A DNA stretch of 64,000 nt from an uncultured delta proteobacterium (GCA_963796685.1 CAWCMR010000025.1:1440001-1504000), one strand, 5' to 3'; numbered from the stretch's first letter, positions 42,937 to 53,481 are shown. The notes: a model not told the origin generated them from the sequence alone. Made by a program: numbers and translations.

Positions 42937-45247
42937 ATGCAAAGCTCGAAGACCAAGGCCATCTTGCTGTTCATGCTCACGCTGACCTTCGGCGTGCTGC
43001 TGTTCGGCGGCTATCTCATGCACAAGGAAAAGCCGCCCATCCCCGACACCGTGGTCTCCGCCGACGGCCGCGCGCTTTACGGCGGGCATGACATCACGGG
43101 CGGGCAGAACTATTGGATGAGCCGCGGTGGCCAACACATGGGCAGCGTGTGGGGCCACGGCGCGTACCTGGCGCCCGATTGGTCCGCCGACTACTTGCAC
43201 CGCATGGGCCTGTTCCTGGCGGCGCGCCACCTCGGCCGCGGCGTGGAGGAGGCCGCCACCTTCACGCAAGCCGATCTGCAGAAGCTCGATCCGGGGACAC
43301 GTGGACGCATCACCGGGCTGGTGACGAACGACATCAAGACCAACCGCTTCGATGCGCAGTCCGACCGCCTGACCTTGACCGCGTTCCAGGCCGAGGCCCA
43401 CGCAAGCTTGATTCGCTATTACACCGACATCTTCCGCAATGGCAATTCGCGCATGGGGCTGCAAAGCGGGATTGTCCGCAGCGATGAGGAGGGCCGGCGC
43501 GTGACCGCCTTCTTCGCCTGGCTGGCCTGGGCCGCCGGCACCAACCGGCCGGGCCTCGATCACACCTACACCAACAACTGGCCCTACGACGAGCTGGTCG
43601 GCAACAGGGCCATGCCCGACGCCCTCATGTGGTCCATCGTCAGCGTGCTCTTGCTCATCCTCGGTGTCGCCGCCGCCATCTTCATCTACCAGCGCTACAT
43701 CCGAGACCAAGACGAAGTGGGTGACGCCAAACCCATCACGACGCTGCCCGAGCCCAAGCCCACCTCCAGCCAGAAAGCCACGCTGGCCTACTTCGTCACC
43801 GCCATGGCCTTGTTCGTGCTCCAAGTCGCGATGGGATCGCTGACCGGACACTTCACCGTCGAGGGCACGAAGTTTCTCGGCTTTCCCATCGCCAAGATCC
43901 TGCCGTACGCGGCCGTGCGCACCTGGCACCTGCAACTGTCCGTGTTCTTCATCGCCACCTGCTTCCTGGCCGCGGGTCTCTTCATCGGTCCCATGGTCGG
44001 CCGCGAGCCCAAGCACCAGGGCAAGCTGGTATGGGGCCTGTTCATCACCGTGGTGCTGGTCGTGCTCGGCGCGCTGACCGGCACGTACCTGTCGGTCATG
44101 GGCCACTTCGGCGGCAACGGCTTCATGTTCGGACATCAAGGCTACGAGTACATCGAGCTTGGCCGCTTTTGGCAGATCCTGCTCATCGTCGGTATGCTCG
44201 TCTGGCTGGTGCTGGTGGTGCGGGCGATTCGTCCGGCCCTCGCCGCCGAGAAAGACAACGGCGGCATCACGCACCTGCTGCTCTACAGCGCAGTCACCAT
44301 TCCGACCTTCTACATGGCCGGGCTCATGTACGGCCAAGGCAGCCATCTCTCCGACGCCGAGTACTGGCGCTGGTGGGTGGTGCACCTGTGGGTCGAGGGC
44401 TTCTTCGAGGTCTTCGCCACCGTGTTCATGGCCTTCATCCTGGCCCGCATTGGCGTGGTGAGCTCTAAGTTCGCCCTGCGCTCGGTGTACTTCAGCATCT
44501 TCCTCTACCTCGGCGCCGGTGTCATCGGCACCTTCCACCACCTCTACTGGTCGGGTGCGCCCACGCCCATCGTCGCCCTGGGCGGCACGTTCTCCGCGCT
44601 CGAGGTCGTGCCCCTGACCCTCGTCGGATTCGAGGCCGTCCAGAATCTGCGCAGCGCCAAAGCCGGCGGCTTTCCCAACCCCTACCGCTGGCCCATCTAT
44701 TTCTTCTTGGCCGTGTCGTTCTGGAACATGCTCGGCGCGGGCGTGTTCGGCTTCATGATCAACCCGCCCATCGTGCTCTATTACATCCAGGGCATCAACA
44801 CCACGCCCATCCACGCGCACACCGCCCTTTTCGGGGTGTATGGCCTGCTCGCCATCTCGCTCATGCTCTTCTCCATGCGCAACATCGTGAGGCTCTCCGC
44901 GTGGTCGGATCGCCTGCTCAAATGGAGCTTCTGGGGCATGAACGGCGGACTTCTGCTCATGACCGTGGTCAGCCTGGTGCCGTCGGGTTTCTACCAGTTC
45001 TACTTCGCGGTCCGCGACGGTATGTGGTACGCGCGCAGCCCCGAGATCGCCTCGGGTGAAGTCATCCGCACCTTGGCCAAGTTGCGCATCGGTCCGGATT
45101 CTGATCTTCGCCTCGGGCGCCGTCTTGATGTTGGTGTTCGTCGTTCGTGCCGTAGTCTTGACTGTTCGTAAACCGCAGGAGGAATTTGTCGATGAGTCTC
45201 AAACAAGCACCGGATCAGAACTTGCTGCCGCCCGCCGAGCCAGTTGA
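42937..45247 (+). CDS. norZ: Quinol-dependent nitric oxide reductase qNOR (one-base frameshift near 45100)
   Basis: GSVWGHGAYLAPDWSAD, YTNNWPYD, RTWHLQ, QGYEYIELGR, VVHLWVEGFFEVF, GTFHH, HAHTALFG; last TM helix (DLIFASGAVL...) in shifted frame. Confidence 0.94.
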
Positions 45248-45551
45248 CCTGGCAAAATTGGTGGCCTACCAGGACGGTGGTGTGGTCAGCCGCACGCTGG
45301 TCAAGAAGAACGGCGGGACGATCACCATGTTCGCCTTCGATAAGGACCAGGCCCTGTCCGAGCACACCGCGCCCTTCGACGCCATCGTGCAGGTGCTCGA
45401 CGGCGACGCCGAGCTGGTCATCGGCGGCAAGAGCGTCCCCGCCAAAGCCGGCCAGACCGTGCTCATGCCCGCCGGCATCCCGCACGCCGTGAACGCCACC
45501 AGCAAATTCAAGATGCTGCTCATCATGGTGCGCGAATCCGCAGGGAACTGA
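45192..45551 (+). CDS. Cupin-domain protein
   Basis: VVSRTL, FAFDKDQALSEHTAPFDA, MPAGIPHAV, FKMLL. Confidence 0.9.
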   Translation: MSLKQAPDQNLLPPAEPVDLAKLVAYQDGGVVSRTLVKKNGGTITMFAFDKDQALSEHTAPFDAIVQVLDGDAELVIGGKSVPAKAGQTVLMPAGIPHAVNATSKFKMLLIMVRESAGN

Positions 45552-45887
45552 GCGGGCTAGAAGACGCGACGGAAGCTCCACCCGAGCTTGCCCACGGCCA
45601 GCCGGACCAGGGCCTCGTCGGGCATCCACCACAGATCGTGGCTCTTCCTTACGAAGTACTCGCGGCCAATCCAGGCCGTGCGCTCGTGGCCGGCTGACAG
45701 ATGCGTGTGCGTACCTGTCTGGCTCCGTCCTGGTATCGCGGGTACTATTGGCACAAGCGCGCTGCCATGCCTCAGATGCGCCGGGTGAAAGGCCACCATT
45801 ACAATCCCTAGGATCTCCATCGCTTTCACGCACAAGCTTGCCCTGTTTTGCATCGCAGGAACCGCACTCGGATTCATCCAGACGCGG

Positions 45888-47075
45888 GTGACGAGCTGGC
45901 ACGATGCTCGTTGGCGTGCCCTCTCCAGCCTCTGGCGAATCGAGCGCACCAACCTCGGAGACGCCAGCCCGAGCATCTTGGCTGCCGAACGGCTGTCACA
46001 GTCAATGCCCATTTACGCCAGGGTTTCCACCCAAGGGGCTTCATTCATCTATCCTCCGCTGGCGACATTGCCCTACCGGCCTCTGGCTGGCCTTCCACAC
46101 GGCACAGCGCAACTGTACCTGTTCTGGGCCAACCGCTGCCTGCTCGTCGGAATCTTCGTGCTGTTGTTTCTGATCGCTCGACCATTCAATCCCATCGGCT
46201 CCTGGCGTCTCGCGCTCGGCTTGCTTGTGACAACGACGCTCTGGCATCCGCTCATGCGTGCGGTCGAGCTGAATCAAGCCTCTGTGCTCGTCACGTTCTT
46301 CCTGGGAGCCAGCTGGGCAGCGACTCGATACGGGAAGCAAGCTCTTGCGGGAATCCTATGCGCCCTGGCCGTTGCCATCAAACCGCAGCTAGTGTTGGTA
46401 ATCCCCCTCCTCTATTGGCACGCCCGGCGAACCGCGGTGGTCACAGGAATCACGAGCCTGATCCTCATGTGCATCTCGCTGGCCTATGCCGGCTGGGACG
46501 CCCATGTGCAGTACTTGACGCGCGTCCTCCCCTCGCTTCTTCCAGGCTATGCCTTCTATCCCAACCAATCCTGGAATGGACTCATTGGGCGCCTCTTCTT
46601 TTCAGAGCATGCAGCCCTATTCCTCATCGTCCCCGACGATCCGCTTGTTCGGATTGCCCCGGCCGTTCTGGGAACGCTGACGCTACTCTACTTTGGTGTA
46701 ACAATCCGCGCTCTTCCTCGGGTCGCGGAGATGCGTGTAGATGTCTTTGGATTGAGTTGGTTGGCGGCCACGGTGGCTTCCCCCATTGCGTGGGAGCACC
46801 ACTTTGCCCCAGGCCTGTTCTGTCTGGGTTGGCTCTATCGCAGGATCAGCGAGGCTTCTCCCCAGCGGCAACGGAGTGTCGAAAAGCCGGTCATGGGATT
46901 GGTCGTCGCGGCTGTCCTCATGGGGAGTTACTTCGAGGTTCGCCCCCTTCTTCACCCACTTGCGATGGTGCTCGACTCCTATGTTCTTGCCGGGGCGCTT
47001 CTCCTCGGCTACTTCTGGCTGGCACTGCTGAAAGCTCAGCAAACCGAACAGCTCTCCTTGCCGACTCGACGGTGA
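45888..47075 (+). CDS. GT87/DUF2029-like membrane glycosyltransferase
   Basis: FIYPPLA, LNQAS, AVAIKPQL, NQSWNG, SPIAWEHHF; lower GC; frame is open from about 45789 so the start is uncertain. Confidence 0.8.
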   Translation: MTSWHDARWRALSSLWRIERTNLGDASPSILAAERLSQSMPIYARVSTQGASFIYPPLATLPYRPLAGLPHGTAQLYLFWANRCLLVGIFVLLFLIARPFNPIGSWRLALGLLVTTTLWHPLMRAVELNQASVLVTFFLGASWAATRYGKQALAGILCALAVAIKPQLVLVIPLLYWHARRTAVVTGITSLILMCISLAYAGWDAHVQYLTRVLPSLLPGYAFYPNQSWNGLIGRLFFSEHAALFLIVPDDPLVRIAPAVLGTLTLLYFGVTIRALPRVAEMRVDVFGLSWLAATVASPIAWEHHFAPGLFCLGWLYRRISEASPQRQRSVEKPVMGLVVAAVLMGSYFEVRPLLHPLAMVLDSYVLAGALLLGYFWLALLKAQQTEQLSLPTRR

Positions 47076-47138
47076 AGGGGAGGGTTGGGTGGGGCGCCCC
47101 ATGATACGTCGGGCGATCGGATCGGCGAGCGCTTTTCC

Positions 47139-48053
47139 CTACTGTCCGCGCAGGGGCGGCATCGCGGCGCCGAGGCCGACCATCAGCGGCACGCCGGGGG
47201 CGAGCACGCTCACCTCCAGCCCGGGGCTGGCGAGGAGTGCCTGCGTCTCCAGCACCTCGAACAGGGCCTTGGCGATCATGGGGTTCTCGGCGATTTGGCC
47301 TAGCGTGCGGCCGACGATCTGCGGGCGCGTGGCCGCGGCCTTGGCGAATTCCACGGCGGCCTGGCGTTCCGCCGTCGAGCGAATCACGTTCACGCGGTTG
47401 GCACCGTCCTGCTGAATCGCGGCGGTGACCTGGCGCAGGCGATTGACGACCTTTTGCTCGATTTGGGAAATCATGCCGCGGTCGCGGAAGTGCACCTTGC
47501 GGATGTAGATGCTGCCCACCTGGTAGCCCCATTCCTGCGACTTGGTGGTGACCTCCTGGCGGACCAGCCGGCTCATGCCGTGACGATTTTCCAGCATGTC
47601 GGAGAGCTTCATGTTGGACAGGCAGCGAACCGTGGCGTTCGAGATGTTGGCGCGCAGGGAGCCGAGCGGGTCGGCGTTCTTGTAGATGTAGTCGAGCGGT
47701 TCGCTCACCACCATCTCGCACCACACGCCGATGCCCATGGGCGCGCCTTCCTCGGAATTCACCGGCTGGCTGCGCATGTAAGTCTGATCGATGCGCACGT
47801 CCACGATGAATTTCTTGCCGAACAAGGGCACCAGCATGGCGAAGGGACCCATGCTCTTCCACGGACAATGCAGCCCCGGTTCGCTGATCACCGTTCGCAC
47901 CTTGCCGAAAAGCTCGAACACCACGACCTGGCGCTCGCGAACCACGACGTACAGAGCGAACATGCGCGCGAGAGCGAGCAGCATCGGCATGGCGACGAAA
48001 CACGCCGCGAAGGTGTAGATCAGGGCCTTGAAGAAGACGAGCAGCGAGTCCAT
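47139..48053 (-). CDS. SPFH/band-7 domain protein
   Basis: N-terminal TM, LFGKV..VI.EPGLH, coiled-coil AERQAAVEFAKAA. Confidence 0.85.
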   Translation of the reverse strand: MDSLLVFFKALIYTFAACFVAMPMLLALARMFALYVVVRERQVVVFELFGKVRTVISEPGLHCPWKSMGPFAMLVPLFGKKFIVDVRIDQTYMRSQPVNSEEGAPMGIGVWCEMVVSEPLDYIYKNADPLGSLRANISNATVRCLSNMKLSDMLENRHGMSRLVRQEVTTKSQEWGYQVGSIYIRKVHFRDRGMISQIEQKVVNRLRQVTAAIQQDGANRVNVIRSTAERQAAVEFAKAAATRPQIVGRTLGQIAENPMIAKALFEVLETQALLASPGLEVSVLAPGVPLMVGLGAAMPPLRGQ

Positions 48054-49066
48054 CACTTGCCCCCTTCCGTGGCGTCGCGCAGAACCAGGTGCCGCGACTT
48101 GCGTTGCAGGGGGATCTTGGCGTTCCTGACGTAGGCCTCGAGGGCTTGCGGACCGCCGTTGCCGGCCAGCTCGCGTAGCTGGGCCGCCAGGGCCAGCAGG
48201 GGCTCGACCTCGGCCTGGGCATTGAGGGTCTCGATCTCGACCGCGCGCTTCGATTGGACGATGCGCTGGTCGGCGGCGGCCTGGGCCAGGCTGATCTCGC
48301 TCGACACGTGGTTGTGGGCGGTGTTGATGGCGGCCAGGGCCGAGTCCACCTCGGGTGGCGGATCGATGCCGGTGATGAGGGCGGCGTCGAGGTGAATGCC
48401 GTAGCGGGCGGCGGCGGTCTGGCATTCGGCATCCATGCGCTCGTTGAGGTCGCGCAGATTCTTGCGCAAGTCATTGATGGAGATGCCCTGCACGCCACCG
48501 ATGTCGAGGGCGTCCGCGGCGGCATCGGCCCCCGGCGCCTGTGCCTTGTCCGGCGCCTCGAAGTTGGCGATGCGGTCGCGCAAGATGGACACGAAATAGC
48601 CGAGCACGTGGGCGACCGGCCTCTTGACGCCGAAGAGATACGCGTAGAGGTTGCGCTCGGCCACGGTGAAACGGATCTGACCGCTCAGCCCCGTGTTCAG
48701 TTGATCCTTCGTCACCGCCTCGAGCACCTGGCCGCCGGAATTGGCCGATGGATCTTCGGGGTCGAAGGCGATGGAGACGGTCGAGGTCGCGATGGACGCC
48801 CGGTGCAAGGTCTGCCACGGCAGCTTCCAGTAGAAACCCGGGCCCACCACGCGGACCTGGGGATACTCGTAGCGCTGCCTCTCGTCGTCGTTCAGCTTCT
48901 CGGCGATGGGATCGCTGAGCGTGGTTTCGTCCTCCAGCCGCTGCGCTCGTCCGAAGGTGCACAGCACGGCGCGCTCGTTGGGACCGACGGTATAGAAACC
49001 GCCGATGCCATAGCGGGCGAAAAACCACAGCACGATCCCCAGAAGAACGCCGAGCAGGATGTCCAT
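48053..49066 (-). CDS. SPFH/band-7 domain protein
   Basis: TM, YTVGPNERAV..FG, GPGFYWKLPWQ, EAVTKDQ, ITGIDPP. Confidence 0.85.
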   Translation of the reverse strand: MDILLGVLLGIVLWFFARYGIGGFYTVGPNERAVLCTFGRAQRLEDETTLSDPIAEKLNDDERQRYEYPQVRVVGPGFYWKLPWQTLHRASIATSTVSIAFDPEDPSANSGGQVLEAVTKDQLNTGLSGQIRFTVAERNLYAYLFGVKRPVAHVLGYFVSILRDRIANFEAPDKAQAPGADAAADALDIGGVQGISINDLRKNLRDLNERMDAECQTAAARYGIHLDAALITGIDPPPEVDSALAAINTAHNHVSSEISLAQAAADQRIVQSKRAVEIETLNAQAEVEPLLALAAQLRELAGNGGPQALEAYVRNAKIPLQRKSRHLVLRDATEGGK

Positions 49067-49267
49067 AGGGACGGCAGCATACTTGATTCGAGAAGATCGT
49101 CTATCGAGCCAGAGGGGAGAGTGGCGGTTGGCTTTTCTGCTCTTTGAAAAGGCTCGACTCGGCGACCGCCGGCTTCGGCCTGGAGGGTTCTGTTAGCTCG
49201 GGCATGCTCCCCGTAGTGCGTTACGGTCGATTCGTGCCCAGGACGAAGACCTCCTGCTGACGCTGGT

Positions 49268-49795
49268 TCACGCGGCCACGAGAGCCGCGGCATCGATTCG
49301 ATAAGCAATCCTCCTGCCGCGTTTCCCTGGCGCGTCCACCTGAAGGAAGGCTTCCGCGACCGCGTCGACTGCCCCACTCTTGTCGCGCAACTGGAAGAAC
49401 ACGTGAGACCGAATGGCATAGGCTGTGGGGCCCGAGATAGGCGCTACTGCGTTCTCCCAGCGATTCACGGTGGCGCGTTCCACCTCTAGCCGTTTGGCGA
49501 ATTCCCCTTGCGTGTCACCAAGCATCCTGCGCAGGTAACGGACCTCGCCAGCATCCAGTGCCGGACTCTTGAGAATCAACGCGGCCAGCAAGTTGGCGAC
49601 CGCATCTAGGACCGCCCCTGACACCGTCAGGGCTCCGCACTTCGAGCAAACCAGAGCATGCAGGTTCTCCACCCCCACGTGCGGCATCCCCAACAATGGC
49701 CCAACATCGTAGTTTACGACCTTTTCCACTAGGTGTCCCTTCTCGCAAGAGGAACAGAGGATTCCGGTAGTTCGTCGACGATGAGTTTTGGTCAC
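49268..49795 (-). CDS. MqsA-like antitoxin (Zn-ribbon + XRE HTH)
   Basis: CSSC...CSKCG; VRYLRRMLGDTQGEFAKRLEVERATVNRWEN. Confidence 0.85.
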   Translation of the reverse strand: MTKTHRRRTTGILCSSCEKGHLVEKVVNYDVGPLLGMPHVGVENLHALVCSKCGALTVSGAVLDAVANLLAALILKSPALDAGEVRYLRRMLGDTQGEFAKRLEVERATVNRWENAVAPISGPTAYAIRSHVFFQLRDKSGAVDAVAEAFLQVDAPGKRGRRIAYRIDAAALVAA

Positions 49796-50106
49796 GTTGC
49801 TTCCATGATCGTGATGAGTAGGATCTGGCGCCCAAAGCTATCCAGGAAGGCTTCCACCCCGAGCGCGGCCATGTCCCCGTTGCTGTCCTGGCCAAGGACT
49901 CGCCAACACGTCCCGTTGGCCAGGATCTTGGCTTCGGGGTAGGGCGCGCAAGTCTTCGCCGTAGCGGCGATACGCTTGGCATCGAAGATCGAGTAGTAGC
50001 GCTGGCGGCAACGCTTTTCGAAGTGCGGGTCGGGAACGTAGCGGCCGGCAGCCATGGCCTCCCGCACCCATGCCAGTGCGTGTACCGCAGTCTTCGGTCC
50101 GGGCAT
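49792..50106 (-). CDS. DUF4258-like (RelE-fold) putative toxin
   Basis: PHFEKRCRQR, WRVLGQDSNG, ILLITIM; GTGA overlap with antitoxin. Confidence 0.7.
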   Translation of the reverse strand: MPGPKTAVHALAWVREAMAAGRYVPDPHFEKRCRQRYYSIFDAKRIAATAKTCAPYPEAKILANGTCWRVLGQDSNGDMAALGVEAFLDSFGRQILLITIMEAT

Positions 50107-50129
50107 CCATGTAACATATTGTTGCATGG
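50107..50129. promoter_or_regulatory. Operator palindrome CCATGTAACA-TAT-TGTTGCATGG
   Basis: 9/10-bp inverted repeat immediately upstream of the toxin ATG. Confidence 0.65.
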
Positions 50130-50216
50130 GCCTCGGTCCGGTCAACCACCGAATTGTCGGCAAGGACGCAGATGAGGAAGCCGAGCGCCGCTTTCCCGAA
50201 TCTCGCCTTGCCTAAT

Positions 50217-50813
50217 CTAACCGGCCTTGGACTTCAGCCCGAGCAGCCGCTGCAGGACCGCTTTCGATCCCTCGGCGACGGTCTCGTGCAGGGAGCCGCC
50301 TTGGGCGTCCATGGTGACCACCGTGGGGAAATCCTTAACTTGGATCACCCACATGGCCTCCGGCACGCCGAATTCTTCCAGCTTGAACACGCGTTCGACG
50401 CGAACCACGGCGCGCGCCAGGGACTGCGCCGTGCCGCCCACGGCGTGCAGGTAGACCGCGCCATGCTCGACCAAGGCCTTGCGAGTCTTGTCGGCCATGC
50501 CGCCCTTGCCGATCACGCCGCGCACACCGTAGCGTGCGATGACGTCGGCCTGGAAGGGCTCTTCGCGCGCGCTGGTGGTCGGGCCGGCGGCGACGAAGTC
50601 GTAGCTGCCGTCGGCGTTCTTCCGCACCACCGGACCACAGTGGTAGATGATCGAGCCGGCCAGGTATGGCGCGACCTCGTCGCGGAAGCCACCCACCAGC
50701 CAGTGATGGGCCGTGTCCCGGCCGGTGATGATGCGGCCGGAAAGCAGGGCGGGCTCGCCCACGCGCAGGGCGCGGATCTCGGCCTCGTCGCAGGGCAGGT
50801 TCAGCTGAGCCAT
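50217..50813 (-). CDS. Class I fumarate hydratase/tartrate dehydratase beta subunit
   Basis: TGRDTAH, YHCGP, GPTTSAR, IGKGGM, GVPEAMW. Confidence 0.92.
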   Translation of the reverse strand: MAQLNLPCDEAEIRALRVGEPALLSGRIITGRDTAHHWLVGGFRDEVAPYLAGSIIYHCGPVVRKNADGSYDFVAAGPTTSAREEPFQADVIARYGVRGVIGKGGMADKTRKALVEHGAVYLHAVGGTAQSLARAVVRVERVFKLEEFGVPEAMWVIQVKDFPTVVTMDAQGGSLHETVAEGSKAVLQRLLGLKSKAG

Positions 50814-51685
50814 GTCACGTCTCCGTTTTCCTCGACGACCACGCCGGCCCGGCGCGCCGCCCAACACAGGTAGGCGATGGACACGAAGTAGCTGGCGGGC
50901 ACGCGGCCGAGCGTGCCGATCTTCACGCCGAGCAGCGTGGTTTTGCCGCCGAACCCCATGGGGCCGATGCCGAGCTGGTTGGCCTCGTCGAGCAGGCGCG
51001 TTTCCATGGCGTCCAGCTCGGGTTCGGGATTGTGGTCGTCGAGGTGGCGCAAGAGCTGGGTCTTGGCCTCGAGATACCCGGTGCCGCGATCGCCGCCCAA
51101 GCACACGCCGAGGATGCCGGGCCCGCAGCCCTTGCCCTGCGCCTGGTGAACGGCGTCCAGCACGACCCGCCGCGCGCCTTCCAGATTGCGATCCGCGCCC
51201 AGCCTGGTCTCGGGCAGCGAGTACTGGGCGCTGGTGTTTTCGCAGCCGCCCCCTTTGAGCAGAAGCTGAACCTTGGTCTCGGGGCGGTCCCATTCCTCGC
51301 AGTGCACGCTGGGGATGCTGGGGGCGGAGCCGTTGCCGGTGTTTCTGCCCGTGAGCGTATCGACGGCGTTTTCACGCAGCAGCTTCTTGGCCGTGGCCTG
51401 GCGAACCGCCTCGGCGCAGGCCTCGACGAGCACGCCGGTGGACACGCCCGCCGGGTGGTGAATCCAGAAGATGGGCACCCCGGTGTCCTGGCACATGGGC
51501 GCCGTGTCGGCGCACGCCAGCTCGGCGTTCTTCAAGATCGAATCCAGCGCCATGGCGGCCAGCGACCCCTCGGCCTCGCGGGCTCGTCCTTGGTGAATGG
51601 CGCGCGTCACGTCCTCGGGAAGCTGCGCCGTCGCCCGCGCAATGACATCCACGAGTAGTTTGGTCCACTTTTCGAGGTCCTTCAT
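50801..51685 (-). CDS. Class I fumarate hydratase/tartrate dehydratase alpha subunit
   Basis: PMCQDTG, KGGGCEN, GCGP, N.LGIGPMGFGG, CWAARR. Confidence 0.92.
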   Translation of the reverse strand: MKDLEKWTKLLVDVIARATAQLPEDVTRAIHQGRAREAEGSLAAMALDSILKNAELACADTAPMCQDTGVPIFWIHHPAGVSTGVLVEACAEAVRQATAKKLLRENAVDTLTGRNTGNGSAPSIPSVHCEEWDRPETKVQLLLKGGGCENTSAQYSLPETRLGADRNLEGARRVVLDAVHQAQGKGCGPGILGVCLGGDRGTGYLEAKTQLLRHLDDHNPEPELDAMETRLLDEANQLGIGPMGFGGKTTLLGVKIGTLGRVPASYFVSIAYLCWAARRAGVVVEENGDVTWLS

Positions 51686-51804
51686 GACTGTGCTCACCGT
51701 CCAATCTAGCACCGTCCCATCCGAGCGGCGACCCGGTACCGCCGAAACCGGTCCGCAATGAAGTTCCACGCCGACCCACCGCAATCGGCTATCATGCCGC
51801 CGCT

Positions 51805-53481
51805 TTGTTGTCGGCAACTCGTTTCCCCTTTCGCTGGCGCGGCAGCTTCTGGCTGTTCGGCGCCATCGGGTTCTTGTACCTGTTTTCCACCAGCCGCGAA
51901 CGGCCGTGGGGCGACGCCACGCCCATCTGGGAAGTGGCTGACAACATCGTCCATGCGCACAACATCCACGCCAAGACGCGCTGGCCGATGGCCTTGCCGA
52001 ACGGCAAGGACGGAAAGCTGTACGGCCTGGCGCCGCTGCTTCAGTGCGCGATTCACATCCCCGGCGCCGCTTTGCAACGGGCGATCGCCGGACGTTGGCC
52101 GGCCTACTGGCAGATCTCCTGGCGATTCACTTCTCACCTTGCGCCCACCTTGCTCGGCACCTTGTCTTGCATTCTCTTCTTCGGTTTGTGCAGGCGGCTG
52201 GGCATGCGGCCGGTGCCCGCGGCGGCGTCCACCCTGGCGCTCGCCTTCGCCACATCGGTCTGGGTGTATTCGCGCTATCCGTACTCCGAAACGCTCCAAC
52301 TGGCATGCTTCACCGGGTTCTTCGCCAAGTTGCTCGACGTGCGCAAGGAGCCGACGTGGCGTCAAGCGGTGCTGCTGGGCGTGTGGGCCGGCTTGTTGGT
52401 CAACGCCAAACCGGTCTTTCTTCTCTCCGGAATCGGAGCCGGCCTATTTTTGATATGGGAATTGCGCCGCAACTGGCGGGCGCTTCTGCTTGTGGCCCTG
52501 GTCAGCGTGGCCGCCGCGTTTCCGTTCGGGGCCGCGTACCTCTACTACAACTACGTACGCTGGGGCAGCATCTACTCGACCGGTTATGGACTGGCCTTCG
52601 CGGGATCCGGGGTCTCGTCCGCGCCCGTGGGCGTTCTGCACGAATCGCCGTGGGTGGGTTTGTACGGAATGTTCTTCTCGCCGGGCAAGTCCATCTTCCT
52701 GTACTGCCCGCCCATCTTCTTGGCCCTGCTCGGGTTCCTACGCTTCTACAAGCGCTTTCGTTACGTCGTGCTGGCCATGGCGCTCACCATCTTCCCCGGG
52801 CTTTACCTGCACGCGCAGATGATCTCCTGGGCCGGCGATTACGCCTGGGGGCCCCGTTACATGACCTTCGCCCTCGCCGTGCTCCTGCTTCCGGCCGGAT
52901 TCCTCTTTCAGGACTTGCTCGACAAAGCCAGCTCGCTGCGCCGCACGGCGGGCATCGCGTTCTTCACGGCAGTTTGCGCTTTCGGCGTCGTGGTCACCTA
53001 CCTCGGCAACGCCATCTACTGGGATCATTTCATCCGCATCGAGACCGAGGCGACCCAGTACTGGCTGGGCGTGCCCAACCAGTCGGGCGACGGGGTCAGC
53101 ACGCCCGGCTTGCCCTGTCCGGTGTGTTTCGAGACCATCTATTCGCTGCAGTGGTTGCCGCCCTTCCAGCACATTCTCGGCAACTATTGGCTACTCAAGC
53201 ACCTACCCAAGAACGATTCGTGGGTGGTGGCCGAGCAGGACGCGCCCTGGCGCCGCTACACCAACCTGCGACTCGACATCCACGAAGGTTATGCCAGGGC
53301 GCGCGTCGACTGGTGGTTCATCGAGTATCGCAGCAGCTTCCCGGTCCTGGCGTGGACCCTGGTCATCCTGCTGCCCACCCTGAGCGCGCTCATGCTGCTG
53401 CTCTTTCTGCTCGAAATTCGCCGCGCCACGCGCGGCCTGTCTCAAGCTCCGCCCGAAGCCGTCTTGAGCGCCTCGACGTAG
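51805..53481 (+). CDS. GT-C fold (PMT/ArnT-like) polytopic membrane glycosyltransferase
   Basis: WGD, YSRYPYSE, YNYVRWGS..STGY, FSPGKSIFLYCP, W.G.YAWGPRY; many TMs. Confidence 0.75.
   Translation: MLSATRFPFRWRGSFWLFGAIGFLYLFSTSRERPWGDATPIWEVADNIVHAHNIHAKTRWPMALPNGKDGKLYGLAPLLQCAIHIPGAALQRAIAGRWPAYWQISWRFTSHLAPTLLGTLSCILFFGLCRRLGMRPVPAAASTLALAFATSVWVYSRYPYSETLQLACFTGFFAKLLDVRKEPTWRQAVLLGVWAGLLVNAKPVFLLSGIGAGLFLIWELRRNWRALLLVALVSVAAAFPFGAAYLYYNYVRWGSIYSTGYGLAFAGSGVSSAPVGVLHESPWVGLYGMFFSPGKSIFLYCPPIFLALLGFLRFYKRFRYVVLAMALTIFPGLYLHAQMISWAGDYAWGPRYMTFALAVLLLPAGFLFQDLLDKASSLRRTAGIAFFTAVCAFGVVVTYLGNAIYWDHFIRIETEATQYWLGVPNQSGDGVSTPGLPCPVCFETIYSLQWLPPFQHILGNYWLLKHLPKNDSWVVAEQDAPWRRYTNLRLDIHEGYARARVDWWFIEYRSSFPVLAWTLVILLPTLSALMLLLFLLEIRRATRGLSQAPPEAVLSAST

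Noticed and set aside
45090-45105. qNOR C-terminal frameshift
   Set aside because: Removing one T from GATTCTG restores PDLIF and the final TM helix; likely an error.
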